Both the position numbers and the translations under genes were made by a program. A stretch of DNA of 63,875 nucleotides. Origin: a virus. Lineage: Duplodnaviria > Caudoviricetes. The DNA lies in IMG/VR virus record IMGVR_UViG_3300031975_002169, positions 1 through 63,875 of that record; one strand, given 5' to 3'. Under the pieces are notes generated by a model, which saw only the letters and a program-made list of their open reading frames with translations, did not search any database and was not told the DNA's origin. This document shows, piece by piece, positions 26,435 to 36,946 of this stretch (position 1 is its first letter; each line of letters opens with the position of its first letter).

Positions 26435-27181
26435 TCACTCTCCCTTGATCTTGCTGCTCAGCGCGTTGGTGAGGCCGGTGCGCAGCGCCGACACCGCCTG
26501 GGTCATCGCAGTGTTGTCCAGCGTCCCGCCACCAGCGATCACGCCAGCGCGCACCAACCCGATCCACGTGGTGAACGACGTGAGGAAGTCGCCGATGGCG
26601 TCCTTCTGCGCGTTGCCGCGAACGAACGCCTGGTTGGGGTCCTGGACGCCCAGCATCAGCGTCCCGTCCGCGAGCACACGGTGGTCCCCCTCCGCACGCA
26701 CGCGGATGTCGCCACCAACCTGCTCGTCCACGTCGCCGGCGAGCACCCGAATCGACGTTGCCAGCGCGTATTCCTCGTCGATGGGCGTCCCGTTCACCTC
26801 GCTCGGGACGGCGCACCCAACGCTCGAGACGAACCCCACGATCACGGGCATCACATCGGGCTCGCCCTCGGGCAGCGCCACCACCACCAGGCAGCCACGA
26901 GGCACCGGATCGGAGGCCGTCTGGCCCTCGGCGCCCACCTGGGATGCGACGCGGCACACCACCGGCCCCTCGCCCTCGAGCGCACCACCGATGAAGTGCA
27001 CGTCCACCAGCCACCCGACAGCGCCATCTTCGCTGTCGGGAGCGCCCCAGCGAATCGCGTCGTCGTCGTCGTCCACGCGCGCCAGGGAGATCCACGTGCG
27101 CGTGTCCACCCCAGGCGCCGAGGCCATGCGCGAGAAGCGCCCCCGGTCCACCGTCCTGCGCTTCGAACTCGGCGTGCTCAT
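26435..27181 (-). CDS. Baseplate central spike (gpV/gp138-like)
   Basis: PVPRGCLVVVALPEGEPD..PVIVG OB-fold signature; ends LSSKIKGE. Confidence 0.7.
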   Translation of the reverse strand: MSTPSSKRRTVDRGRFSRMASAPGVDTRTWISLARVDDDDDAIRWGAPDSEDGAVGWLVDVHFIGGALEGEGPVVCRVASQVGAEGQTASDPVPRGCLVVVALPEGEPDVMPVIVGFVSSVGCAVPSEVNGTPIDEEYALATSIRVLAGDVDEQVGGDIRVRAEGDHRVLADGTLMLGVQDPNQAFVRGNAQKDAIGDFLTSFTTWIGLVRAGVIAGGGTLDNTAMTQAVSALRTGLTNALSSKIKGE

Positions 27182-29187
27182 GCGTCCTCCTGACCCAGTG
27201 TGATCTCCAGCTCCTCCAGCTCGACCACGCGTCTCTCGTACTCCTCCGGCGAGACCACGCCATCCGCGCGAGCCTGGGTGAGGCCCTCGCGCTCCTGCCT
27301 GGCGCGCTCGGCGAATGCCAGCGCGTCCGACTCGGCCACGTCCGTGACCCCCTCCGGGCTGACGACGAACCCCTGGAGCACCGTGCGACTCTGGGTGGAC
27401 GCCACCGAAGCCATCTCGCGCACCTCGAGGAAGTTCTGCCAGTCGCACCCCACCGAGATCCCGGAGTCGGCCGCATACTGGATGCGCACCGTGCCCACAC
27501 GGAAGATCGTCTGGAACTGGGTGGCGTCCTGTAGGCGCGCGAAGCGTTCCGCCACATCCCTGCGCCACCCAACGCGAGCCAGGTACTCCGTGCGAGCCTC
27601 GCGCGTGAGGCTGGCCAACTCCGTGCCGCTGACGAGCGCAGCGCCCGCCGGCGTCCGGCTCTGCTCATCTCGAGCCACCAGGATCTCCACCGCGTCACCT
27701 GGGTGCAGCCGAAGCAGGTCCACCCCCATCACAGGCTGATCCCAGCTCGAGACCTCCTCCGTGTCGAAGCTGCCCTCCAGCTCTTGGCGTCCGATCTGGT
27801 GCCAGATCGCCTCCGCTGCGCGCGCCAGGGAGCCAGGCGCACTGAGCCCGCTCACCACGAAGGTGAGGATGCGATCCTCCGGCGTCGCGCCGCTCGGTGG
27901 CACCTCGTTCGGGCGCGCAGGGCGCGGCGGATCCGTCTCCCCGAAGACGCCCTCACGTGGCGCGCCATCGGGCACTGGGAAGCGCGCCCACCTGGTGCGC
28001 CCCCGATCCTGGTCCACGCACCGGACCTCCACCGTAGGCACCTTCATCCCGCCGAGCTTGCGGCTGAACGACAGCTCCTTGATGTTGCGCCCGTACACCA
28101 TGCGACGCGCGGTGTCGCGATCAGTGTAGAAGGTGCGCGGGTCCACGATGCGGAGCCGGTTGTCCTGCCAGATCGGCACGAGGCCGGTCTGGACGCAGAT
28201 GTCCGTGATGGAGTCCCACACCGTCTGCATCGCGCGACGCCGCGAGCGGGTGCCACCACGCCCTCGCCTGGGGCGCGCGGTGCGTGGCACCGCATCGAGC
28301 GGCACGGGGGCCGTCCCAGGCCCCTCGTACACCACACGCGTCCCGCGCAGCATGGGGAACAGGTCGATGAGGCCCCTGATGCAGTCGTCCAGCGGGAGCG
28401 CCATGTCCAGGCCGAACCCCTGGGGGATCTCCGACTCGATGAGCAGTGCCGAGAGGTCCCTGCACTCCAGCTTGATGGTGTCGCCGTCGTCGCTCCCCAG
28501 CTCCACCGTCCAGGTGTCCACGATGCCCAGGAAGCGGCTGGTCCCAGGCGCCAGCTCATCCGACTCCGCTGGGGCGCGCCCTACGATGGACAGCGGCAGC
28601 TCGTCCGGACCGCGCACGCCTGACATCCCCAGGCTCCAGTCGTCGGCGTCCACGATGCCGAACGTGACCTCGATGCCGCACGAGCGGATGAGGCGCGGAT
28701 CGAAGGGCGCGTCCCGGTGGTCGATCACCACCGAGCAGGTGTCCGCCTCGCGGAGCCCGTTCCGGTCGATCTCCGCGCTGCGCACCATGATGGCGCCGAT
28801 CACGGTGTCGCCATCCGACGTGATGTCCGCCTGGGTCTGCGCAGCGGCGCCAGCCAGGCCGTCCACCTGCGACTCCAGCTCGGCTCGCTGCCGGCGCAGG
28901 TCCGCCAACTCCTCGGCAATGGCCTCCGGCGAGAACAGGTCCCTGGACGACTCCACCACGTTGATGCGCGCCTGGATGGCGTCCAACTCCTCGTTCAGTT
29001 GCTCGCGCGTGCGCCCTCCGGTGCCAGAGAACTCGGGGATATCCGTGACACCATCCGGCGTCACCTCGAACCCCTGGAGGGTGGTGGTGTGGGTGCGCGG
29101 GAGGCGCTCCCGGAGCCCCTCCTCCACCGCCCCACGATCGAAGCGCAGGACCAGGCGCGCCACCGCGCTGGGGTAGACCACGGGCAT
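27178..29187 (-). CDS. Baseplate hub (gpD/gp27-like)
   Basis: RNGLREADTC, FLGIVDTW..IKLECRDLSALL, VYGRNIKELSFSR; located between LysM protein and spike. Confidence 0.7.
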   Translation of the reverse strand: MPVVYPSAVARLVLRFDRGAVEEGLRERLPRTHTTTLQGFEVTPDGVTDIPEFSGTGGRTREQLNEELDAIQARINVVESSRDLFSPEAIAEELADLRRQRAELESQVDGLAGAAAQTQADITSDGDTVIGAIMVRSAEIDRNGLREADTCSVVIDHRDAPFDPRLIRSCGIEVTFGIVDADDWSLGMSGVRGPDELPLSIVGRAPAESDELAPGTSRFLGIVDTWTVELGSDDGDTIKLECRDLSALLIESEIPQGFGLDMALPLDDCIRGLIDLFPMLRGTRVVYEGPGTAPVPLDAVPRTARPRRGRGGTRSRRRAMQTVWDSITDICVQTGLVPIWQDNRLRIVDPRTFYTDRDTARRMVYGRNIKELSFSRKLGGMKVPTVEVRCVDQDRGRTRWARFPVPDGAPREGVFGETDPPRPARPNEVPPSGATPEDRILTFVVSGLSAPGSLARAAEAIWHQIGRQELEGSFDTEEVSSWDQPVMGVDLLRLHPGDAVEILVARDEQSRTPAGAALVSGTELASLTREARTEYLARVGWRRDVAERFARLQDATQFQTIFRVGTVRIQYAADSGISVGCDWQNFLEVREMASVASTQSRTVLQGFVVSPEGVTDVAESDALAFAERARQEREGLTQARADGVVSPEEYERRVVELEELEITLGQEDA

Positions 29188-30257
29188 CAGAGCACCGTCC
29201 GCAAGGCGTCGATCGGGATGGACAGCGGCGGAATCAGCAGGACCGTCCCGGTGGCAGGCGCCGAGTCGTTGAGCCCATTAGCCACCATGAGGCGAGGCCA
29301 CTCGTCCGCCGTCCGGTAGAACCGGAGCGAGATGCGGCGCAGGTCGTCACCCTGCCGCACCGTGTAGACGCCGATCGGGCGAGGGTTGGTGAGCGCGCGC
29401 ATCTGCCTCGCCGTGCGCACCACCTCAGCCCCCATCCGATCCGCCTCCCGACCCAGGCCTCGGCGCCAGCGCTCCACCACCAGCCGATCCGTGACGCCCT
29501 CGTTCTCGGTGGCCTGGGTGACGGGCGTCTCCACGAGGTCCCCCGAGAGGTCCGCCACCTGGTCCCGGATCGTGGTGGCCTGGGCATCCATGCTGAGCGC
29601 GGCGGAGAACGGGATGGTCGCCGACCTCTGCGTCGCGCGGATGGTGTCGAAGACCTGGACCACGCGCTGGCGCGCGTCGCTGATGCGCTGAGCCACCGCC
29701 GCCCGGTAGTCGCGCCTCAGCGTGCTGGGCTGCCGAGCCTGCTGGTCCTGCGTGGCGTCCAGGCGGCGACGAACGGGTGCAGCGGTAGGCGCCTCGTCCG
29801 AGCTGGTACGTGGCACCTCCAGGTCGTCTCGCCCGTACCACACCCACTCCACCGTCCACACGCAGTCGCGCTCGCGGAGCCACTTGATGGACACGTTGGC
29901 GATGATCCCCATCCGCACCAGGGGGCCCCACTCCACGCGCAGCGGGCGTCCGGCTAGCTGGAGGCTCTCCATGGCGGCGACGAGCGCCTGGGCGGGGAAA
30001 TCCTCGGACTCGAGGGGCGTGAACCCGGTGAGCCGCACCTGACCAGTGAGGTGCCTGTCCATCCACTGGCCCGTCATGGTGGTGGGCATCTCCTCGGGGC
30101 CGAGCACCTGGACGGATCCCACCGCGTTCCCGCCGTACCAGGTGACTTTGTTCCGGAGGCGCCTCCCGTAGTCCACGCCACGGTCTGGGACCGCTCGCCC
30201 GTTCAGGCTGATGGAGCGGTCCCCACCAATCTCCTCGATCGTCACCGGAATCGCCAT
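29187..30257 (-). CDS. Tail tube initiator with C-terminal LysM domain
   Basis: YTVRQGDDLRRISLRFY..EWPRLMVANGL..GTVLLIP; follows tape measure. Confidence 0.78.
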   Translation of the reverse strand: MAIPVTIEEIGGDRSISLNGRAVPDRGVDYGRRLRNKVTWYGGNAVGSVQVLGPEEMPTTMTGQWMDRHLTGQVRLTGFTPLESEDFPAQALVAAMESLQLAGRPLRVEWGPLVRMGIIANVSIKWLRERDCVWTVEWVWYGRDDLEVPRTSSDEAPTAAPVRRRLDATQDQQARQPSTLRRDYRAAVAQRISDARQRVVQVFDTIRATQRSATIPFSAALSMDAQATTIRDQVADLSGDLVETPVTQATENEGVTDRLVVERWRRGLGREADRMGAEVVRTARQMRALTNPRPIGVYTVRQGDDLRRISLRFYRTADEWPRLMVANGLNDSAPATGTVLLIPPLSIPIDALRTVL

Positions 30258-30281
30258 GGGGCGAGTGTAGCCGGGCTCGCC

Positions 30282-32270
30282 TCAGCGCGACAGGATGGGG
30301 GCGAACTCGCTGCTCAGTGCACGGTCGGCCTGGCCATCGATCTCCCTGAGGATGCGCACGAGGATCCGGTCTGGGTCCGCCTCGCGGAACTCCTGCCGAA
30401 TCTCCATGTGGTGCACGTTCACCGTGGTCCCTCGGTGCGCCAGGTCATCAGCGTTGGGGACGGCGCTCGTCGCCGCGTCCGCCGCTGCCGCCTCATCGAG
30501 GCCAACATCCTCCGCGCTCAGGCGATTGGGGTCGAAGTAGCGGCGCCACACCGTCCCCATGCCATCAGCGGCAGCCTGTGCGAACGGGATGAGGCCGGTG
30601 CCAGCCATGGCGCGGAAGAAGCCCTCGAGCGCCATCACGATCCCGCCCAACTCCGCGTTCGCGGTGTCCGACATCCCGTTGAGGGCAGCGGCGAACGCGC
30701 TCACCGGCCCGATGACGGCGCGGATGGCCACCGAGGTCATCGCGACGCCCTCGGCGAGACGGTGCGCAGCCCACCGGATGCCGATCACCAGCGCGATCAG
30801 GATTCCGCGCCCCAGCAGCGCGACGAGAGGTTGCAGCTCCAGCCAGAGCATGGAGAAGGCTGCCGAAAGCTCCGCCCACGCTGGGCCCAACTCCCCGTTG
30901 AAGAACGCCAGCCACGCCGCACCATGCTGCTCCATCTCGAGGAAGACGGCTGCTCCGGCCAGCGCAAGGCCAGAGACGGCGCCCAGGGCCACGGTGAGGG
31001 CAGCGAGGCCACCGAGGAGCACAGGAGCCGTCAGAGCAGCCATGACGGCCGCCAGCGCCCCTCCGATCGTGGCGCTCCCCGCTGCGCCGGCAGCGGCAGC
31101 CGTGCCACCCGCTGCCGCTGCGCCACCGCCGAGGAGCTGCGCGAGCTGCGCGATCCCGCCAGCCGCGCCAGCCGCACTCGCCCCACCGCTGATGAGGCTG
31201 CCGATGCCACCCAGAGCCATCCCGCCCAGCATCCGAGCGCCGGAGAGCGCGGCGAAGACCTGAGCGGCGCGACGCAGGTTGTCGACGATCCCGGCGAACC
31301 GCTGCGACACTTCATCCCAGTGCGCCGCCAGCCAGTCCATCCGGCCGATGATCCAGGTGAACACCCCCTCCAGGCTCCCGGCGATGCGCTCCCCGAGCGC
31401 GCGCGCGCCACCCTTGAGCGCGTCGAAGTTGGCCAGGAGGCGCCCCACCACCGTCCGGAGGAACGCCTTGAAGCGCTCCATCACGGGACCGCTGAACGCG
31501 CCACCGATCTCCGACACCACCGAGCGAAGGCTGGAGGTGAGGCCGGCGAGGGAGTTGCCCTGGGCCTGGGCAGCGATGTTGAAGCGCCCGAGGATCTCGT
31601 TGAGCTGCCGGTAGGCCTCCTGCGGGTCCCGGAGCGCCATCTGGTTCCACGCCTCGGTCGTCTGGCTGATCGCGCCCACCGAGCGCAGGGCCGAGAACGT
31701 GCGGACGTCCACGCCAGCGCGCCCCTCGATCATCGCGCGGAAGTCGCGCGACGCCTGGGCGAAATCCTGCCCCAACCCCAGCACGCCAGCAGCGTTGGCC
31801 AGCCGTTGGCTGGTCTCGAGCGCGTCCTCCATGGATCCAGTCGCATGGGCGATGGGTCCCGAGATGTCGGAGAAGATGTTGATGAGATCCTGACCCGTCG
31901 CCGGCGACTGCAAAGCCAACTCGCGGAGCCGATCGATGAACCCATCTGCGCGCCGCTGCGCGTCACCGAAGGGGATGCCCTCGATGTTGGCCGACAGCGC
32001 ACCTATCCGGATGCGCGCCTGCTCGGTCTGGTCGTAGAACTCGACCATCGAGCCACCAGCACGCCGCACCCACCCCGTGAGCGCCTGGAACCCTAGGTAG
32101 CCTGCACCGAAGGCCAGGAGCCCTCGGAACAGGCGCCCACCGATGGACTCGGCCCCCCTGAGGCGCGCGGCGAGACCACCTACCGAATCAGCGAGCCGCT
32201 GGATCACGGACTGCGCGTTCCCCACGCGCATCCGCAGCTCGCCGTACACCTGATAGCTGGTCTTCGCCAT
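30282..32270 (-). CDS. Tape measure protein
   Basis: 662 aa Ala/Gly-rich helical protein with hydrophobic stretches; LRELALQSP; follows chaperones. Confidence 0.8.
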   Translation of the reverse strand: MAKTSYQVYGELRMRVGNAQSVIQRLADSVGGLAARLRGAESIGGRLFRGLLAFGAGYLGFQALTGWVRRAGGSMVEFYDQTEQARIRIGALSANIEGIPFGDAQRRADGFIDRLRELALQSPATGQDLINIFSDISGPIAHATGSMEDALETSQRLANAAGVLGLGQDFAQASRDFRAMIEGRAGVDVRTFSALRSVGAISQTTEAWNQMALRDPQEAYRQLNEILGRFNIAAQAQGNSLAGLTSSLRSVVSEIGGAFSGPVMERFKAFLRTVVGRLLANFDALKGGARALGERIAGSLEGVFTWIIGRMDWLAAHWDEVSQRFAGIVDNLRRAAQVFAALSGARMLGGMALGGIGSLISGGASAAGAAGGIAQLAQLLGGGAAAAGGTAAAAGAAGSATIGGALAAVMAALTAPVLLGGLAALTVALGAVSGLALAGAAVFLEMEQHGAAWLAFFNGELGPAWAELSAAFSMLWLELQPLVALLGRGILIALVIGIRWAAHRLAEGVAMTSVAIRAVIGPVSAFAAALNGMSDTANAELGGIVMALEGFFRAMAGTGLIPFAQAAADGMGTVWRRYFDPNRLSAEDVGLDEAAAADAATSAVPNADDLAHRGTTVNVHHMEIRQEFREADPDRILVRILREIDGQADRALSSEFAPILSR

Positions 32271-32278
32271 GCGCTAGC

Positions 32279-32910
32279 CTACTTCTTCGGGCTCTCCTTT
32301 TCCAGAATCGCCGACAGCGCCTTCACCAGAGCGATCACGAAGCTCTTGGGCTGGTTGGCCAACGTCACGGCGTCCTGGTGACCATACCGCGCGCTGTAGG
32401 CGAGCAGCTTGATGAGGGTGGCGTGTTGCTCGGACGGCGATCCCTTGCGCCTGTGCGCCAGGGCCAACTCGTAGAGCATCGAGCGACCGCCACCCCCACC
32501 GCTCAGCCGTTTCCCTCCTCGCCCCCGCCCTCCTCGGTCTCCTCACCGAGCATGACGCGCGCGTAGTGGGTGGACACGATGTTGCGCCCGCGCTGCCCCA
32601 GCGCCTCCCAGAGCCACTCCCGGTGAGCCGTCTTGACCACGGGCTCGCCGTTGAAGCTGTAGATGCTCCGCTGCGCCATCATGAGGCCGAGGCGCGCGCC
32701 GTCGTTCCCCTTGGTCGCCTTGATGATGGCCATCTCCTCGCGCGTGCTCAGCTCGCGCACCGTGATGGTGAACGGAGCGGGGAAGACGCCCGGACGGCAC
32801 TGCTCCGGTTGCAGCTCCACCGTCTCGGAGTTGCGCGGCATGTCGCGCACCGAGCCGTCCTCCACCTTGCTGGTCCACTCCTGGAACACGTCGTCGAGCT
32901 TGAAACTCAT
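32279..32910 (-). CDS. Tail assembly chaperone GT (via -1 frameshift at GGGAAAC, 32509-32515)
   Basis: -1 shift gives GKRLSGGGGGRS in frame with ORF 32279..32479. Confidence 0.72.
32503..32910 (-). CDS. Tail assembly chaperone G
   Basis: 135 aa from MSFKLDD; ITVRELSTREE; between tube and tape measure; ends EGNG. Confidence 0.78.
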   Translation of the reverse strand: MSFKLDDVFQEWTSKVEDGSVRDMPRNSETVELQPEQCRPGVFPAPFTITVRELSTREEMAIIKATKGNDGARLGLMMAQRSIYSFNGEPVVKTAHREWLWEALGQRGRNIVSTHYARVMLGEETEEGGGEEGNG

Positions 32911-33068
32911 GCTGATCTCCCTTGCGTGGCACCGCCCATCGCAGTGCTCGCCGCCATCGTGACGGAAAAGCGAACGCCTCGCCAGGACCATCCCAACGAG
33001 GCGCTCGGGCACCGACCGAGGCAGTGCACTATCGCGACGCCGCAACGTGGCGAGCGGCGCGCGAGTCC

Positions 33069-33506
33069 CTACGAGTAGAGGAAGCGGCCGTCCTCCGCCT
33101 CCCACTCGATGTCCAGCGTGACGAACTCGTCCCGGCCACCCACCTGCACAGGCATGTCCGAGAAGAAGATGTTGTCGAACGCGGCACGCACGCGCGAGCC
33201 ATCGGCCAGCGCCAGCGTGCTGGTGATGTTGAACTGGTCGCTGGCTGGACGCCGGCGCTGCGAGCGGTCCTTGGCGCGCTCGATGAACCGGAACGCCTCC
33301 TGCGCCTCGATCTGCACCTGCATCCGCCCCCTGGTCCCCTTGAAGATGTCGTCCTTGCGGTCCGACGTCTCCCCGAGGAGCCCCTGAGTCAAGATGTCGA
33401 AGCGGAAGACGAACTCCGCGCTCACGACGTCCCCGAGACCCTGCTCCTCGCCGTCCGGTCCTACGACGGCGAAGGCGGTCTCCTGGCCCTTCAATCTCTG
33501 CGACAT
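33069..33506 (-). CDS. Tail tube protein
   Basis: 145 aa beta-rich protein directly after sheath. Confidence 0.75.
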   Translation of the reverse strand: MSQRLKGQETAFAVVGPDGEEQGLGDVVSAEFVFRFDILTQGLLGETSDRKDDIFKGTRGRMQVQIEAQEAFRFIERAKDRSQRRRPASDQFNITSTLALADGSRVRAAFDNIFFSDMPVQVGGRDEFVTLDIEWEAEDGRFLYS

Positions 33507-33526
33507 GGTGGTACCTCGGCCCCTTC

Positions 33527-35707
33527 TTAGCTCGTGCTGATGACGGTGTTCTCGCCGATCTCAGTGCGAATCGTGATCGCATCGAGGCTCGAGAGGGTGC
33601 GCACCTGGGTGAGGAGCACGAAGACCCCCAGCGCCAGACGCTCCGGTGTGTTGCCACCGACGCCGTCGAGCCGGTAGTCCTCGATCCGCGCCAGGTCGGG
33701 CGAGTTGACGCTCAGGAGGCCGCTGAGGAAGCTGTCCTCGGCAGCCGTGAGCGCCTCGCGGCGCGTCAGCCTGTTCAGCTTCTTGCTGTACGGCTTCGCC
33801 ACACGCGCCATCGAATCCTGGATGAAGTCCGCCATCTTGCGGCGCGCGATGGTGGTGCGCCCCGAGGTGAGGCTGGACGTGACGCCGCTCTGGTACTGGG
33901 GGCCATCGTCCGGATCCACGATCGGCGCGCAGATGCCCACCGCCTTGAAGAGCTTGTAATCGGCGATGGTCAGGTCGCGCCCCACGTTCTCCACCTCGAA
34001 GAACGCGTCGATGAGGTCGGTGGCCTGAGCCGGGTTCTCCTCCGGGTTCAGGCGCGCGCACAGGGTGGCCAGCGGCGTGTCACCGCCCACCGTGATCACC
34101 CCGTCATCCGTGAACCCCAGGCCACCGGCCGAGCCGCGGATGGCGATCTCCGGGACGCGGAGCTTCCAGCCGGGATAGGTGTAGAACAGGCCGTCGTCCC
34201 GGTAGGAGGCCACATCGGTGCGCGCGGTGTCCGGCGACACACCCAGCGCAGCGCGCCCGATGAACTTGCGGCTCGTGAGGCCGCCCTCGCGCGCCTGCCG
34301 CTGGTTGTCGAGGCCGGCGGCCATGGTGACAGCGGTGCGCCGAGCGCTGACCATGTAGTCCGCCTCGCGCGCAGGGTTGCGCGCGTAGGCGAGCGTCGCG
34401 TCCATGGCTGCCTCGTACCGGATGTCCATCTGGGCATCCGTGAGCGCCACCGTGAGCGCGATCGGGTTGCTGCACCCCAGGTCCGTGAAGCTCGGCTGGT
34501 CGGTGAGGGTGTCCACCGCCAGCGCAGCCCCGCCCAGAGCCGTCCCGTCGTCCAGCGCAGGGCGCACCTTCACCGCCACCGCTGCCGCCGAGGCCTCCGC
34601 GAAGCTGACAGCCTGGGTGGTGACCCACGTGGTCACGCCATCGGTGACGCGCGCACCGGCAGGGAGCGTCCCGCCATCGTGATCCGTCGCTGCCGCCGAG
34701 GTGGTGGGGAGCCCGAGCGCCGCCTGGATCGCGCCCGCCGTGATCTGGATGGTGCCCGAGTCCTCGCACACGCGAACGAACCCATCCTCGGTCACGCGCG
34801 CGCTCACACCGGCCGAGCCCCAGCCAGCGGTCCCGTTGAAGATCGCCACCAGCTCCGCCGCCGTCACGGCGTCGATGTTGCCCACGTTGCCGGTCCCGGC
34901 AGCCGAGAGCGCGGCGAACCCACCCAGGCGCGTGAGCGTGCCGGTCGTGACCTCCTCGATGACGATCCGGCCGGAGAGGCCCAGGATGAGGCCGGTGAGC
35001 CGGAGGTTGCCCGAGGAGTTGCTGGCGATGGTGGAGCCGAGAACCGCGTTGATGCGCGACACGATGGTGGCGATCACGCTCTCGGTGCCCAGGAACGACA
35101 CCAGGACGGGCGCGTTCCCATCGACGGTGATGCGCAGCGCGTCGCCCGCGTTCATCCCGGTGGGCGCGCCGCTCGCGGTGAGCACCGCTGCCGCTGCCGC
35201 CAGCGCCGTGGTCGCACCACCAGGCGTCGCCGTCATGGTGTCGCCCGCCGTGAGGTCGAACGGACCGCGCGACGTCCCGGTGACGCACGCCAGCGGCGTG
35301 AGCTGCACCTGACCAACGCTGTCGTCCACCCGAGCGATCATCAGGCGACGCGAGCGGAGCCCCTTGAGCTTGAGGTACCCGTTGCCGTTCCACAGCTCGC
35401 CGCCACCGCGACGCGCGACCGGGTCCTGGCTCGGGGTGCCACCCCGCACGAAGCCGAAGGAGCCGAACTTCTGCGCGAAGTCCTGGGGCCCGACGACCTC
35501 CTGGACCTGGGTGTTGTAGGGGACCGCTCCCAAGCTGTCGCCGCCGGCAGCGTAGGGGCCGTCCTCGAACTGGCCCACCACCAGGACCGCACCCGTGCCC
35601 ACTCCCGTGGAGGGCGCAGGGGGGGCCAGGTCCACCACGTTGACGGCCTCGATCTCGAGTAGCTGCTCGAGGGTGGGATCCTGATTGTATCGGCGGACGA
35701 AGACCAT
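33527..35707 (-). CDS. Contractile tail sheath protein with inserted domains
   Basis: VVGQFEDGP..QDFAQKFG; C-terminal QSGVTS..IARRKMADFIQDS..IRTEIGE. Confidence 0.82.
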   Translation of the reverse strand: MVFVRRYNQDPTLEQLLEIEAVNVVDLAPPAPSTGVGTGAVLVVGQFEDGPYAAGGDSLGAVPYNTQVQEVVGPQDFAQKFGSFGFVRGGTPSQDPVARRGGGELWNGNGYLKLKGLRSRRLMIARVDDSVGQVQLTPLACVTGTSRGPFDLTAGDTMTATPGGATTALAAAAAVLTASGAPTGMNAGDALRITVDGNAPVLVSFLGTESVIATIVSRINAVLGSTIASNSSGNLRLTGLILGLSGRIVIEEVTTGTLTRLGGFAALSAAGTGNVGNIDAVTAAELVAIFNGTAGWGSAGVSARVTEDGFVRVCEDSGTIQITAGAIQAALGLPTTSAAATDHDGGTLPAGARVTDGVTTWVTTQAVSFAEASAAAVAVKVRPALDDGTALGGAALAVDTLTDQPSFTDLGCSNPIALTVALTDAQMDIRYEAAMDATLAYARNPAREADYMVSARRTAVTMAAGLDNQRQAREGGLTSRKFIGRAALGVSPDTARTDVASYRDDGLFYTYPGWKLRVPEIAIRGSAGGLGFTDDGVITVGGDTPLATLCARLNPEENPAQATDLIDAFFEVENVGRDLTIADYKLFKAVGICAPIVDPDDGPQYQSGVTSSLTSGRTTIARRKMADFIQDSMARVAKPYSKKLNRLTRREALTAAEDSFLSGLLSVNSPDLARIEDYRLDGVGGNTPERLALGVFVLLTQVRTLSSLDAITIRTEIGENTVISTS

Positions 35708-35777
35708 GCTCTGCGCTCCTCTCGACCCCCGTGTGGAGGGGTAGACGGAAGGAGAGTAGCGCAGCCGAGACGGCCCG

Positions 35778-36479
35778 TCACTCTTGCTCGGGAACCAGCT
35801 CCTCGGTGGGGCCGATCGCCACCAGGGACACGATGGGCTGGAGCATCGTGGCGCAGCGCAACTCCACGCTGTCGATGTTCACGTTGACGCTCACGATGGC
35901 GCGCCGCTCGTTGGCCCACACCGGATCCGTCTCATCGACGCGACGGTATCCGAGGAGCTGCGCACGCACCGGGAGGCAGTAGTACATCGGCGTCCCGGTG
36001 AGCATCAGGCGAGACGTGGCCTCGCCAGGTGAGAAGGCGCTCACCAGCCGCGCCAGAATCGCCTCCCGCTGCGCCACGTTGGTGGCCCAGACGTCGATCT
36101 GCATCGTGGCGTCCGCCTCGCCGAGCTTCCACAGGCACGTCCCGGCAATGCCCTTGTCCTCGCAGTCGTAGCGCCCCCACGTGTCCTCGAGCGCGCTGGG
36201 TCCGCCGAGCTTGTGGGCGAGGATCGGCACCTCGGACATGCTCAGCGTGGCGCAGGGGTAGGGTGGCTGCGAACCCGGATCGGGCCACTCGTCCAGGACC
36301 GCCTCGAAGCGGAACTGCGTGCTCGGGACAGGCGTGGTCCCGCCGTTGCCGTTGATGGCGAACTCGAGCCCCTCCAGGTAGGCGCGCATCACCACCGCCA
36401 TCGCCTGCTCCGGGTCGATCGCATCGGTGGGGACGCGCACGCCGAACTCGTCGTTCATCAGGATGGGGGTCCCGGTCAT
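35778..36479 (-). CDS. Tail terminator / neck protein
   Basis: Position before sheath; EWPD..YPCAT, MQIDVWA. Confidence 0.55.
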   Translation of the reverse strand: MTGTPILMNDEFGVRVPTDAIDPEQAMAVVMRAYLEGLEFAINGNGGTTPVPSTQFRFEAVLDEWPDPGSQPPYPCATLSMSEVPILAHKLGGPSALEDTWGRYDCEDKGIAGTCLWKLGEADATMQIDVWATNVAQREAILARLVSAFSPGEATSRLMLTGTPMYYCLPVRAQLLGYRRVDETDPVWANERRAIVSVNVNIDSVELRCATMLQPIVSLVAIGPTEELVPEQE

Positions 36480-36946
36480 CACACCTTCTCCAGCTCGGCA
36501 GCCACCATCGCCTCGATCTCGGGGCGCGCCTGCTCCCAAGCGTCGCGGAAGTAGAACCTGGGGCGCGTCCCGCGCAAGGCGATGGCGCGCTGGACGGCGA
36601 AGGCGATGGAGCGCGCCTGCCGATCGTCGCGGGCGAGCCCCTTGGTCTTCACCCAGTCGATGAGCGGCTGGAGCGGTGGACGGTGCGGACGGGTGCCCTC
36701 CTCCACGAAGCCAGCGTGCGGCGCGTCCACGGTGACCAACGCCCCATCGGGGACGAGCGACACGCCTACGGACGCCGCGAGCTGCCCACTCGCCACCGCG
36801 TTGGTCTCGCGGATCTTCTCGACCACGACGCCCTTGAGCCGCTGCGCGCCGAGGCGGAACCCCTTCACCATCGCCTTCTCCAGCTCAGGCACCAGGGCAA
36901 CGACCTGGCGCTGGAACTGCGTCAGCGTCATCCGCTTGACGGTCAT
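36479..36946 (-). CDS. HK97 gp10-like tail completion protein
   Basis: VASGQLAAS..APHAGFVEEGTRPH..GTRPRFYFRDA. Confidence 0.78.
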   Translation of the reverse strand: MTVKRMTLTQFQRQVVALVPELEKAMVKGFRLGAQRLKGVVVEKIRETNAVASGQLAASVGVSLVPDGALVTVDAPHAGFVEEGTRPHRPPLQPLIDWVKTKGLARDDRQARSIAFAVQRAIALRGTRPRFYFRDAWEQARPEIEAMVAAELEKV

